Shown: in pieces, positions 24,290 through 36,889 of the stretch | Layout: each line of letters starts with the position of its first letter | Position numbering within the stretch: the stretch's first letter is position 1 | Source of the DNA: Chromera velia | Lineage: Eukaryota | Direction: 5' to 3' | NCBI GenBank assembly: GCA_018398765.1 | Contig: JAHBMJ010000233.1 | Span: 1 to 52,765, forward strand | Length of the DNA: 52,765 bases | Translations under genes and position numbers: made by a program | The notes under the pieces: model-generated | What the model was told of the DNA's origin: nothing | What the model saw: the letters and a program-made list of their open reading frames with translations, nothing else | Databases searched by the model: none

Positions 24290-26799
24290 TGTGTGTGAAT
24301 AAATTCATGACCTCAGGGCCTTGCAAGAGGTCGACACTGAGACTGAGGGACTCTTACTTCCGGCTCATTGCCGGTCGGTCAGCTTCCCCACCCTTTTTCT
24401 TTCTCCGTCTCTTCCTCAGAGTCATTCTGTGTTTCTCTTGTCTGTCTTGAGACAGCGCCGAACTCGTGTCTCTTTCCATTCCTCCCTTGTTCCTTTACGT
24501 TTTCGTCCCTTCAATCTCTATTCACACGATCATCCGATGACTCCCTGCAGAAAGGCCCTCCTGCGGGCGGATCCTCAACTGCCTGGGGTCGGTGTTGCAG
24601 CGTTCCTTCTTCGTGGATTTGGACTTCATGAGAAGAGTCAGTCGGTCTTTCGGACACACGGACGGTGTGGAATGAAGGAAGATACCAACAAATCCGGAAA
24701 AAGAAAGAGGAAGTCAACATGTACGAGAGCAATGACATGAATGGGCAAAGAAGGAGAGAGAAGGAGGAGCATGCAAGGGCATCCAAAAAACGGGTGGCGT
24801 GCATAGAGATTGGATGGGAGAAAGTAGAGAAGACAAGGGTTGCGCTTTGAATATTGTTCACGTCCAGGTAATTTGACAGACTCCCAATTTTACACCCTCC
24901 ATCCTGATGTCTTCCCCTAATCGATAACTGCAGTCTATCGTCAACTCGCTTGGCGTCTAGCATGGGCAACCAGACCTGTTCCGCGAAGGGACTTTTTGGA
25001 GCTCGGTCAGTCAGGCAGTCGGTCAGTCGGTCCCTGAATTGACCTCCTGAATGTTCTCGTTGGATCGAGATGAGGGATGAGGACTCAATGCATGGGCTGG
25101 AGAGGCAAAAAAGGAATAGCTGCAAAATAAGGGCATGATGAGCATGATGTCAGACGAAGAAATGTGTCAACATCCTTCCATTTATTGTCGCCAAATAATG
25201 CAAATCTCCGACACAAAGACGTGCACACGTGCACAAAAATGCACACGGAGCGGTGAAACGTCCTTCATTGTGTTGTTCACGACTTTGTGTGCCTGTCTTC
25301 GTGTTTGCGAATATCTCTGTCTGCCTGTCTGCCTGTCTCTTTGTCTGTTCGTTCATGCGTCTACCTGCCCGCTTTTCTGTTGTACTGGTCTCACCTCTCA
25401 CGGCTCTGATGGATGGAGTCTGCAGTTAGAGAGGGCCTCGCTGAGATGACTGACGAAGAAGGTTTCTGCCTCGAGGGGGTGACGGTCAGCTGAAACAGGA
25501 AAGAGAAATTCATTCGATCATTCTTTTCCTTCCAGAACCGGAGACGGATTGCATGAAGAGGCAGGACGTGGTGATGGATTCTTCTTTTTCTTTCATTGGT
25601 TGGTTAACTGACGGACCAATCGTTCATCCAAAACGAATGCAATAGGCAATACACACATGAGAATCCACCCTCAGCTCTCCTTTTTGGGTGGAAAGGAACA
25701 GGACTCGAAATGCTTTTTTGCCCTTTGTTTGTTTCCCTGACTTCCTTGGTGGGCCTCTCAATATTAACAAATTCTAGTCACCTGCAAACTAGAGATATTC
25801 ATGACCAGGAAGGCGAGAACGGCTTTCCTGATCAGAACATATCTTTCAATCCAATTCGCGTCGCTTCTCTTTTCTTTCTCTTCTGCACGTGATCACATGC
25901 AGCCCCTGGCCTTCATTGACAACCTGAGGGTGACGGGAGCTGTGCGACCCGAAACGTCAGTGAGTCATGCAATCAGTCCATGCTGCATTCATTCGATCAC
26001 ATAAGTAATCGATCAATCAGTTGATCGATCAGCCAAGCAGACATGCAGACGGCGGGTCGGTCGATCACCGAACTTGCAAACATCTTGTTAAGGCCATTGA
26101 TTTGGGGAATGCAAGAAAGGAGGGATCCGAAGAGTCGGTCGAACACCAATGAATGTTTCGCTCTTGTAGCCGGAGTCGCCGCTGAGTTCTCGCTTCGCCC
26201 TCGAGACAGCAGAATGCCGATCACGATGAAACCTTGAAGGTCTGAGCATCACTCTCCTTTCTATCACCAACGACAATTAATGTGCATTGGCCAGTTGACC
26301 TTTCTGCTGTTTGCTTGTGGGATGGATGGAAAGAGATCGATCCAGAATTTCTTTCACACTTCGAGCACTCAATTTATCATCCACGGATAAAGAGCTCGTC
26401 TTCTCTTTTTCCTATCTCTCTCTTTCTTCTCTCTCTTCTTTCCTTGCAGACTCTGGAGAAGCGGTATGGAATTCCGAGATGTCCTCGGGGCGATGAACTT
26501 CGAAGGATTCAACCAGGCCATCGGGGTCCTTCAAGAATTCTTCAAATGGGACCAGAAGTCAGTCCGAGTCCTTCCCTTCAGCGGGGGAGAGCAGATTCAG
26601 ACATCAGTCCATACTGCATGTTGGAATAATGTTTTAGAAGAGAACCCCAAGATAATAAATGCAAGGATCAGAGATCAAAAAGGCATGCCTGATTTTCCTC
26701 TGATCCTCCATTAGGACCTATGCACTGGTGTGACACCTCTTTTCCCCCCGGCCTCTGTCTCTCACTCCTCATGAATGCGCCTTCATTTCAGGGCTTGTG

Positions 26800-26831
<32 letters not shown>

Positions 26832-27394
26832 GTGTGTGTGTGTGTGTGTGTATGTGTATGCATCTATGCATATGCCCTTCCCCCCGAAACGCCATTTCCC
26901 CTCCTGCAGAAACCCCCTCCGCGTTGAGAGCACAGATCTGGAAGACAACGAGGTGAGTGTGTCATCCTTGTATCAATATCCATGCATCGGTTGAGAACGG
27001 ACCGCTTCGGGCAGTTCTGCCTCTTCCTGTTATGAGAATCGTTCCCCCTTCTCATGCATGCCCCCACCCCCTGCATGTCCCTATGGACGTGCATGTATGG
27101 ACTCTGCATGCGTGCATGCAGAAGTCCTCGTGCATCGCCGACTGGACGGGCGACGAGCCCCCCGAGCTGACTGAGGAGGAAGCAGCGATGAGGGCCCGCC
27201 CCACGGATATTCCTCTGTTCGCACGGCCTGACGCAGTGCTCTCGATGAATGCAGACCTCTCCAAACTCTCTGTGGATCTGCAGAGAAGACCAAAGGCAAA
27301 GCCGGGGTGTGGCAAGGTCAGTGGACCTTCTGCTCGATCGGTGTGCATACGTACAAGTGAGCGTGTGCTTGTACGCGTCTTGTGAAGTAGGGGC

Positions 27395-27443
<49 letters not shown>

Positions 27444-27826
27444 AGGGAGGGAGGGAGGGAGGGAGGGATGGAGGGATGCAGGGAGGGAGACAATAGGAGA
27501 GAATAGAGAGAACTTTCAGGTGCCTTTGTGTGCGGTATTGTTTTGTCTTATGAGAGGCGCTTTCATACGATGGCCGGTTTTGGATGCGCCCTAACATATA
27601 TCCCCCAACAGTTTGATTTATTTTGATCTTGCTGCGACCAGTTGTGACAGCGCATCATGTAAGAACGACTTCTATTCTTGCTCTTATGTATCTGCAGATG
27701 AAGACATTCCTTTCCCCGCTCCACTCGCTGGAGGAAGCTCTTTTTGGCAGAGCCGAAAAAGTTTGGAGGGTGTTCAATGATAAGTCCTTAAGTGGAGCAG
27801 AACGATCAACTTCGGAAGCTCAATAG
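10539..27826 (+). CDS. Large multi-exon (>25 exons) coiled-coil protein, TSNAXIP1 (translin-associated factor X-interacting protein 1)-like
   Basis: Phase-consistent exons checked at 10539-10952, 11399-11554, 12508-12603, 12860-12996, 13336-13572, 13792-14020 and around 22651-24640; last exon ends ...AERSTSEAQ* at 27826. Segments KFVGLGHENYLPEVMK, LAKLISEFWTEK, AEFAYNLVDGI..TFRVLVG, EDVLHDRTAMIEELK, SRLLDELRVQYLAEVATYMRDL and KALLRADPQL..AFLLRGFG recall the C-terminal region of TSNAXIP1 (from memory, not a search). Some internal exon boundaries are not verified. Confidence 0.65.
17932..18089. repeat. Pentanucleotide microsatellite (TGTTG/TGTCG/CGTTG)n ending at a 3' splice site
   Basis: Visible tandem repeat running directly into the acceptor cag at 18090-18092. 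Confidence 0.95.
23509..23697. repeat. Tetranucleotide microsatellite (GTCA/ATCA)n starting at a 5' splice site
   Basis: Visible repeat whose first bases are the GTCAGT donor after exon ...YMRDLAL. Confidence 0.95.
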
Positions 27827-28354
27827 AGTAAATGCCCTTGTTTAGAGTCATATATTATAATATTGACCTCAACTGCAGTTTATTACATTAAATTTAAGTG
27901 ATTGCATCTAATTGTAATGTTTATTGTATCGTTATTATGCATATAAACAATACAAAAAGTCATTTATATGCAAACCAATGTACAAATTAAAATACACCAA
28001 GAATTTCAAAGTTTGCCCTAGATGGTGATTGTAAGTACGTCATTTGCAGAAACTGCTGCCACTTTGAGCTGTTTAAGTTTTTTTTTTTTAATGAAAATTT
28101 AGAAAATGATGATTGAAACCTCATGTGAGGGTTTTGTTATATACGTCACGTCCCCACATATAAAGGGCGGATCTAACCTACTTTGTCAGAGGGTTCCGCT
28201 TCTTTCAGTAAGTTTCGAATCTAGGAGCAAGTCTGAGAAACACTTTCAATTTCTTATAGGTTTTGCAGCTAGTTTTTCTCTAGATAAGTTTCTGATGAAA
28301 TGTTATCCGAGCTGCCCTCCGAGGACATACAAACTGACAATTCTTGCACTTACC

Positions 28355-28378
28355 ATTCGCGCGCGAATACGCGCGAAC
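28355..28378. promoter_or_regulatory. Perfect palindrome ATTCGCGCGCGAAT plus ACGCGCGAA, putative promoter element of the PH-domain gene
   Basis: ~390 bp upstream of ATG 28755, at the edge of an AT-rich block. Resembles 10251-10270; TGCATGC at ~28408. Confidence 0.4.
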
Positions 28379-28754
28379 AAACTTGTCACTGTATATATGT
28401 CGATCACTGCATGCTTAAATTATGTACGTTCAAATTAAATTAGTTAATACAGCTAGTCGGATCAATGAACGTAAAGAAATCCGACAAGAAAGGCAGCACA
28501 TTCCAGTTCATGCTTGCCCCAAGAGCGAGCTGGTTCACCATCAAGAGATTTCATGAAGAACCCGAGCATCAGTGTGGCAGACGTGGAAGATCTTTTGTGG
28601 ACATTCGAAGCTTCTCGCCACGATTCAGTCGATCACACATTGACTCACTCTAATGGCTCACTTGCTTGTCAGGAGGAAACTAAGGAACCTCACGATGTGT
28701 TCTTCCAGATCGTTTGTTATTCTTCAGCTGGTGAGATAAAGAGCTGGAGCAAAG

Positions 28755-30312
28755 ATGTCAAGATACACGCGAGAGGATCGCGCGAGAGATCGTGCCGCCA
28801 GCCGCAGATACGTTCCCTCAGACGGCGAAGAAGACGAAGAGCCCGAGAGTTTCACCGACAAGGTCGACAAACTCCAAAAGGAGTTCTGGACCCTCTGGGG
28901 ATTTGAGCGCTACCGGTAGGCCTTCACAGTGAGTGCGTGCTGGATGCTTTGACGTGCATCTGTGGGAAACTCGATCTTCTCCTGCCAAACCCATATGCGG
29001 CATGCATTTTGTCAAGGAAGGTTTGCGTCAATGCAAGTGCGAAGGTAAGAAGATTGCCCGACCGATACATGCAGAGGAGCTCTCCCATCATTTTTGCTCT
29101 TTGACCAAGCGTTTCCTCGTAATTGCCCGCAAAGGCGAGTTCAAGGCTGTCCATGGGGCTTTGAGGGCACATTTTGCCTCAAGTGCCTGGTTGACTTACT
29201 GATTCATGCATGATAAATCCGTGAGTTCCTTCTGCGTTGCTGTGTGTCTTCAGAACGGCAAACTCTGCCGTAGCTTTCTCTTGTTTTACTGGGCGACGGT
29301 CGCGTGCAGAGGAGAGAGAGAAGAGGCATGCAAGGAGGCGGAGGGCGAAGGAAGAGGACGAGGAAGAGGATTCCGGTCTCAATTTTGGGACGGTGAGTCG
29401 TGCTCTGCAGTTCGTCTAAGCTTGTTGGGTTCCAAGCGCTCCAGGAAAAGACGTACTCCGACAGTGAATGTAGATCCATCCCTCAACGAAAGAAAGAGAA
29501 GAATGACTTGCGCTGATGAGTCGATTGGTGGATGTTTGTCTGCTCCCGGGCCGGTTTGTACTCTCGCAATTGTCTTTGTCGTTGCTAAACTGGCCAATCA
29601 TCTACATGCCTCTTCTTTCTTTTCGATTCCCTGCTAGCCTGACTGTCCGCTCATGTATGTGTTGGTCGGTCTGTTGCTCCTGCTATCCAGCGACAGTAGA
29701 GCAATCCCACTCGAAGCATTTTTGCTCCGGACGTGATTTCTGCTCTGGCGTGCAGTATTTTGATGCTTCCAAAATTTCGGACAATCTCCAAAATTGGTTC
29801 AGCGTTGTACAGGCGGCAGGTCCGTTGCGTTTTTTTTTTCTTGCCTGTCTGTCTGTCTCCGCTGTCCCGTCCCCTCCCTTTTTTTTCTGCTTGTAGGTCT
29901 TTCTCCACTTTTCTTCGGGCTTTCACTTCGTTTTTCAGGTTGTACCTTTTCTTGCAGAGTCTCCACCTTCTTTTGTTCCCCCCCCCATCGACTCTTTTTC
30001 GTCATACAACTTTGTCTGCAGGCAGCTCGCTTGGAGGAGACGGAGATGGGGGAGGGGTGAGTCATCTCTCTGTCCAAATTCTAATACCTTTTGATAGTGG
30101 AATGGATGGGTGGGCGGGTAGAAAGATAGATCAATGAATGAGTCATTGAAAGAAGAGAAGAAAGGACGAATGAAATATGCGCCCCTGTCTTCGGTCTCAA
30201 CCTCATCAGAGCAATTTGTTGACAAGAACATCCGCTTCCTTTTTTTGTGTTGCATCTTTCTCCTTTTCGCCTGCTCTTTCTCTGCGTTGCTGCTCTTTCT
30301 ATTCGCACGTGT

Positions 30313-30378
<66 letters not shown>

Positions 30379-33300
30379 TGTGTGTACACGTAGGTGCATG
30401 TGTGTATGTGTATGTGTGAGAGCATATATGTTTCTTTGTGCGTGCTGTTGTGACGTACAGGAGGAATGGAACATCCACGACGACTCCGCGGCCTCCAAGA
30501 GTTCTGCCCGGAGCGCCGGCGATAAGAGAAGGGGGCGGGGGGATGGGAGGAGAGACTCGAACGAGACCTCGGGAAGTCGGGGGAATGGAGGAGGAGAAAG
30601 AGAAAGACGGAGAAAGGACACGAGAACGACGTCTCAGCGCCGTCCCCCCTCGTCTTCTTCTGATTCTTCCACCGGACCCCCTCAGCAATCTCAATCTCCT
30701 CAGGGTGGAAGGGGAGCGGGAGCAGGAAGGAGACCACAAAAAGAAAGTGAAAGAGAACGAGATCAAAGTGGGAGGCACGCAAGAGCAGGAGGAGGAGGGC
30801 GGAGAGAAGGAGGCACCCCCCAGAGCTCCCGACACCAGAGTCCTCAGCAGAGCTCCCGGAGAGGTGAGAGAGAGGGAAACGGATCGAACAGTCAAAAAGA
30901 AGAACAAGGGCAGAAACCTCAACAACGTCAACAGGAGGTAAGAAGAAGAGTAAGTCAGGCCAAAGCTTCTCGTCGTCCTCCCTCTTCATCATCTTCCTCT
31001 TCTTCTCCAGCAGCCTCTCCTACCCAGAAGCAGTCAAGTGCAAAGGCGGGGGCAGTTGAAGGACGTGGAGCGAGAACGAGGGAAAGAGAGAGGAGGGGAG
31101 AAAAGAAAAAGGCGGGCGAGTCCTCCTCAACGGCCCTGGAGGTTCTCGATCAAAAAGTTGAAAAGAGGGAAGGGCGACGTCGGTCAAAAGAGGAGGAAGG
31201 AGGCAAGCTGAAAGGGCGCGGAGCGGCAGAGACAAAGAACAGTGAATCCGAAAGTAGTGATGAAAATCAGAAGAGAAAGAAGAAGGAAAAGCACAAGAAG
31301 GATAAAGAAAAGTCCTCAAAAAAGAGCAAGGACAGAAAATCAAAAGATCCTGATCATTCTCTTGAAGATGAGGAGAAGGCCTTGAACAAAAACCCCCAAC
31401 GGTCTGACGTGCCTGCCAAAGCAGCCGTTGTAGAAGACAAAGACGGAAATCAGAGCAAACCACGACTTCCACTTTCTTCCTCACAAAGTCAGCAGAAGGG
31501 TGACCATCGTCACTCTGCGGAGTCTTATTCGACCACAGGCACAGTCATTGACAAGCACTCAGGAGACCTCAAAAGAGGAACTTTACGAAATGCCTCCACC
31601 GCCGCCTCCCCTGCCGACCTCCTGGAACGAGAGAACTTATCTCCAGGCGCAAAACTTGCAGCTGTAGAGGTGGGTCAGCGTGGCTGTGCCGATGTTTGCA
31701 TTTCTGGGGAACAAAAACGCACAATGAAGAACTGACTAGATCAATGGTTTCTATTGCAAGAGGATTTGGGGGGGGTACCCTATGTTCTGTTTTCGTCTCT
31801 GCCTTTCATTCCACGGAAACGATCCGTGCCCCTTCTCCGTCTTTTGCCTCATTGCAATTTTTCGGGCTTTTATGTGCTCCATTTTGTTGCTTTCGACTTT
31901 TTCTTTCTTTTCATGGGGAAGTGTGCTCGGGCGTGAGTCTCACTTTTTGTTTCATCTTTCCCTCATGGGCTCTCCACTCGAGACTCACGTATCTATCTGT
32001 GCAGGTACCGTCAGCCGATTCTTCGCCCTCCAAGCAGGAGAACCTGGTTCCCCCTCTGAACTTCTCTGCGCTCCGAGAGGCAAAAAAGGGAGGTCCTGCA
32101 GGTACAGAGGGAAGGAAGGGAAGCGGCAGCACTCTGGGAAGTGGCCAACTCGGGTCGAAGAGTAAAGGCAAAGAAAAGGACAAAGAACTCAGCCATTCGC
32201 CCTCAGGAACTGCTCAAGTGGTACTAGGGGACAGAAATTGGGCAGCAACGAGCGACGACGAGAAGGGGGGCGGGGGAGAGATGAAGAAGCACAAGAGCAT
32301 TTACACAAAGTTTAGGGCAGTGCCCTCACTGATGGAACAGCTGATGGAACACGATCTCTCCTCAGAGGACGACAGCGACGATGGAGAAAGCCGAGAGAGA
32401 TCAGAGAAGGAAGGGGCGGGGGCTGCGGGAGGAGCAAAGCCTGTTGATTTCGGTGGGTCCGTGGGTGCGTCTCTACGCCAATTCGATTTCTTTTTAACTG
32501 ATCAACGAAAGGCTGAAGGGGGAAACTTTGATTTTTGAAAATTTCCACGATCATGTTTTCATGGAAACTGACTCCGGCCGGGGACTTGAGGGCTCGAGCG
32601 AGACTCTTCAATAGACCTCACCGACACATCTTGCAGCGCTTTAGAGAATTCGAAAGTTTTTCTCCATTTAACGCCCCGTATCATGATTGTCTCTCTGGCT
32701 GTCCCTATGTTCTTTTTCAGGTCTGTGGTTGTCTGCGGCTGGAGACGTCACGGAAGGGTGGCTGGAGAGGGAGGGCAAGGGGGGGGGCAGTTGGCGAAAA
32801 CGGTCAGTGAACAAACATCCTTCAGATGCAGATTTTGAGTCCAAATCTTTCCATGTGTTAGCACCCACACAGGACGCTGCTCGTCGGCTGTCTGTCGGCT
32901 TCTACTTGTCTTTTCGTAGATGTCCCACTTCGAGTAACTTGATTGCATTTATTTTGAATTTTCATGGGATTTCCATTGAAGGATTCGGAATGGCCGCATC
33001 TCATCGGTTGGAAGTAGTGAGCGAACGAATGAATGAATGAATGGTTGGATGGATAGATGGATGGATGGATGCGTGGATGAGCGAGTGAGGGAGTAAATGA
33101 ATGAATGCATGAAAAGAACATGAAAACGGATGGAAGGGTGTCTGACTATCTTGGGAGGGTGCAGAGATTATTGCGTTTCTCTTGTTCAAATTCTTCCCGG
33201 GTAATTGAGGATAGGCGATTCTTTTTTAAAAATGCGCATTCAAAAGGAACTCGTGCCATGTTTCCTTTTTTGTCTTTTTTTGCGTCCGTCTGTTCGGAGT

Positions 33301-35378
33301 ATTCTTTCTTACTTATTCACATGTTCCGCATCACTGTCATATATCGTACATGTGTTAGCAACAAAGCGTTTGCTTGACCACCTGTTCAAACTCTCTTTCT
33401 TCTGTTCGGCTCTTCCCTCCCTCCACACGCGCAGATGGGTTCGCGTTTGGCGTTTCTCGTTCTGCTTTTTCAAGGTGAGTTGAGTTGGTAGACCCCCAGA
33501 TCTCTTTTGTCTCTCGCTGTTCCTCTCCGTGTGTCCATTTCCCAAAAAGGACCCAGGCACTCCTCCTCATTCTCGGGGTTTCAGTAATACCATGACCTGA
33601 TGGAGGGTCAAGTGGGGGGTTGTTTTTGTGATTACCCGCCCGGGGCCTCTGAATCCCTCCCAACCCCCTCTTTTGCCGCTTTTGATCTCTTTCTCTCTCT
33701 AACAATCGGCCCCTGAATGGAAATTGCCGACTCTCCTTCACTTCTTCCGTCTGCTTTCGTTCTGCCTGGTCTTCCTTGAACGTCCCTGACCACTCAATTG
33801 TTTGTTTGTGTTTGTTTGTGTGTGCAGGCCCCTGGGGAGAGGGAGATGGTCGGAGCGGCGGACCTGAGGGATGAGCAGTGGAGGGCCTCGTGCCCCGACA
33901 AGCAAACGCTCAGGTCGGATGTCTGTCTGTCTGTCTGGCTGCAGGGAGACGTCCACACACAGACACACACACACACACACACACACACAGAGCGAGAGAG
34001 GGAGAGAGAGAGAGAGAGGGAGGGAGGGAGGGACGGAGGGCGGGAGGGCGAGAGGGAGGTAGGGAGGTAGGGAAGTAGGAAGCTAGGGAGGTAGGGAAGT
34101 AGAAACCTAGGGAGGTAGAGAGGTAAGGACGTAGGGAGGTAGGGAGGTAGGAAAGTAGGAAGCTAGGGAGGTAGGGAGGTAGGGGGAGAGAGACTCGCTT
34201 TCAGACAGACAAAACATCAGCGCATTTGGGTTGCGTGGCTTTTCTTCTCACAGTTTTCTCTCTGTTTATCTGCCGTGTATTCTTTCTCCTTGACTCTCCG
34301 ATACGTGTGACACGTGTGCAGGATGGAAAATTCTGCTGCAAACGCTGTTTGGATCTGGCGCGCATGTCCGGACTCGACCGCGACCCCCACTGATTTCCGC
34401 GCTGCCATCTTGAAACAGAAGGAGGCAGGGGTCAATCTGCGGGAGGGTGTGTCTCGAGGCCAGCTGGACCCCAGCCGGATCCCCCCGAGTGGTGCCCAGG
34501 GCCTCGGGGGGGTGTCGGAGGACATGGAGGTGGAGGCGCGGTCGAGGTGGCTGCGTGTTAGGGCCGCCAGTGCCATGCGAGTGTTCCGCAAAACATCCGC
34601 AGCTCCACCGGGAGAGGAACTTCAAGAAGACAAACTGTTGGAGGAAAGTAAAGATAAGGACACTCTAAAAGAGAGGCCTGTCTCTGCGGCTGCTAGTGGG
34701 GAGAGCAGTGAGAGTCAAAGTGAAGAGAAAGAGACCTCAGAGAGAGGGGGCAGAGACTCGAAAAAGGGAAAGGAAGAACGACAAAAACATTCTACCAACA
34801 CAGCAAGGGAGTCACGTCAGTCTGACGACTCCTCTTCCTCTTCTTCGTCCTCCTCCTCCTCCTCTCAGTCCTCTCAGGAAGCACCCGTACGGTCCGATCA
34901 TGAGACCGCAAAAGGGAAGCCACAGAGAAGCGGGACCACAGAGAAGAAAAATACGCCCTCCAAGTTAGACCCACCAAATGGTGACAAAAGAGATGAAGAA
35001 AATTCTTCTTCCGAATCCCCCTCTTCCTCCTCTGGATCAGACAGCGAGACTTCCCAATCGTCTTCCGCCTCGTCTTCTTCGTCCTCCTCAGGCGAGGAGG
35101 CCTCAGGAGAGGCTCAGAAGAGAAAGGCAGGACAAGACGGGGGGGGAAGGAGGAAGGAGGGTAAAGATCCCTCAGTTTCTCGGCAGGCATCGTCCGTATC
35201 ACGTCAGGCACTCATGGAGCGAAGGCTGAAAAATAGGGAGAAAGAGGCATCACTGGCGGCGAAGGCAAAAAACAAAGCACCCAAGCCAAAAGAAGCGCCG
35301 CCGACTAAAAGAGAAAAGGATAGGGAGGCCCTCATTGCCAGACGGGAGAGGAAGAGAATGGGAACAGGCACCAAGTAA
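28755..35378 (+). CDS. PH-domain protein embedded in long Ser/Arg/Lys/Glu-rich disordered regions (9 exons)
   Basis: Exon chain 28755-28915, 29310-29392, 30022-30056, 30461-31669, 32005-32452, 32721-32802, 33435-33474, 33828-33913, 34322-35378. The spliced product contains EGWLEREGKGGGSWRKRWVRVWRFSFCFFK-APGEREMVGAADL, a typical PH beta1-beta4 signature. Confidence 0.75.
34053..34186 (+). repeat. Intronic G-rich octamer array (AGGGAGGT)n, ~16 degenerate copies
   Basis: Visible 8-nt periodicity with variants AGGGAAGT, AGGAAGCT, AGAGAGGT, AGGAAAGT. Confidence 0.9.
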
Positions 35379-36889
35379 CCGAACAAGAACGTTTCTCGGC
35401 AGTGTTTGGTATAGTGGCAGTACAGTTGCACACGCCACAAAGCTTTTATTGATAACAGCAGAGCTTTCCCGCAAAAAAATGATCTACTTTTAATTTGACA
35501 CAGGATGTGTACCTAACTTTCTATATTTTTATATTTTTTTGAATTTGGGCTCGAGACGTATTTTTTTTTATGTGCAGCGCCTATATATAGATAACCATAT
35601 AAATTATTTTACTAGTACATATTCTGGCCAGAGCTAGAGCCAGAGCCTAAATAGTGGCCTACTGGCTTTAACCGCCTTTAATTCAAAATTCAAATTATTT
35701 ATTGAGGCACTTCAATTTAACTGAAATTTAAATTATATTTTTTTCTAGTTTAATTTTTTTATATATATAGGACAGGATAAGATAGGATAGGACAGGATTT
35801 ATATTTTGAGTCATCCCGTGGTCCACTGCCGGGCCTCGACTTGCACGGTTGAGAGGGCGCTCTAGAGGTAGATACCTCAAAAACCTGTAGGCTACAGCAT
35901 GCCAGTGCAGATCGAGCGTTGTAGGCTAACCTCTCATGCCTAGGATCGAAGTCGCTTCATTAATTCCCAACACCCTCTTTAAACTAATGAGAAAAACCAG
36001 ATTGATTGAACCATTGAAGCCAAAAGCAGGCCAAGTAGGTATATGATTATACAAAGCTGAACTCAAAAAAATGCTTTAATAAAAATATATACAAGATGTA
36101 TCATTTTTTTATTTGATAATTTATTCATAGGCTTTAACATATGTCATAGACCAAAGCTACATAATTTGGGTCTTAAGCTCTGCCAGCCTAGCTACTGGGG
36201 CAGTCTGACAAAATTTATAGTTACTGTCTATCGTTTCACTTTTTGGAGCTATACATGCATAAATAGTATCTTTGTAGGGCATCTGACGCATATGTTTGTG
36301 TCCGTCATCATTCAGACGAGCAGTGGCAAAAAAAACAGAGATGGTTGCAGTACACCAGTTGTACTTAAAATAGAGGGAGTCGATAGAAGCTGACGTAACC
36401 TACTCAGGACGTACCAGCCATCTGCTCGATTCTTTCCTAGATTTATCTAAGCAACTTATCATGGTGCCGAAGGTCTGCTTCACTCTCTCTTTCCACGGAT
36501 GTCTGCAGGACTAGGCCAGGAAAACGGGGGTAAAAGCTTTCACGAAGCTTTGAAATTTAAACTGGCCGTCACCCAAATATCTACTGTACAGTGCCACGCT
36601 CAATTTGTGTTATACCCGTGGAAGGCACAAAACATAAAGACTACAGAAGAAAATGGAAAAAGGCGAGACAGAGAGACAGAAAGCAAAGGCTTCAGCCAAC
36701 ATTGTAGGATCAATCCTTCGTAGTTTGACTCTCTTTTTCTCTCTAAGTACATGTCTCTATGTTTTTTTCACTTTCGTAGTCATCATTTCTCATCTACTGG
36801 ATGTGTATTTCCTCACACCTCCTTTGTCTATCAGTGGGAGTGTGTGTGTCAGTCTTTCCGTTTGTTCTCAGAGTGCCCGCCCTGCTCAT

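Noticed and set aside
30438..30941. Alternative 167-aa frame overlapping the large exon of the PH gene
   Set aside because: Purine-rich low-complexity sequence keeps several frames open; only the 533-aa frame chains in phase from the ATG at 28755 to the PH exons.
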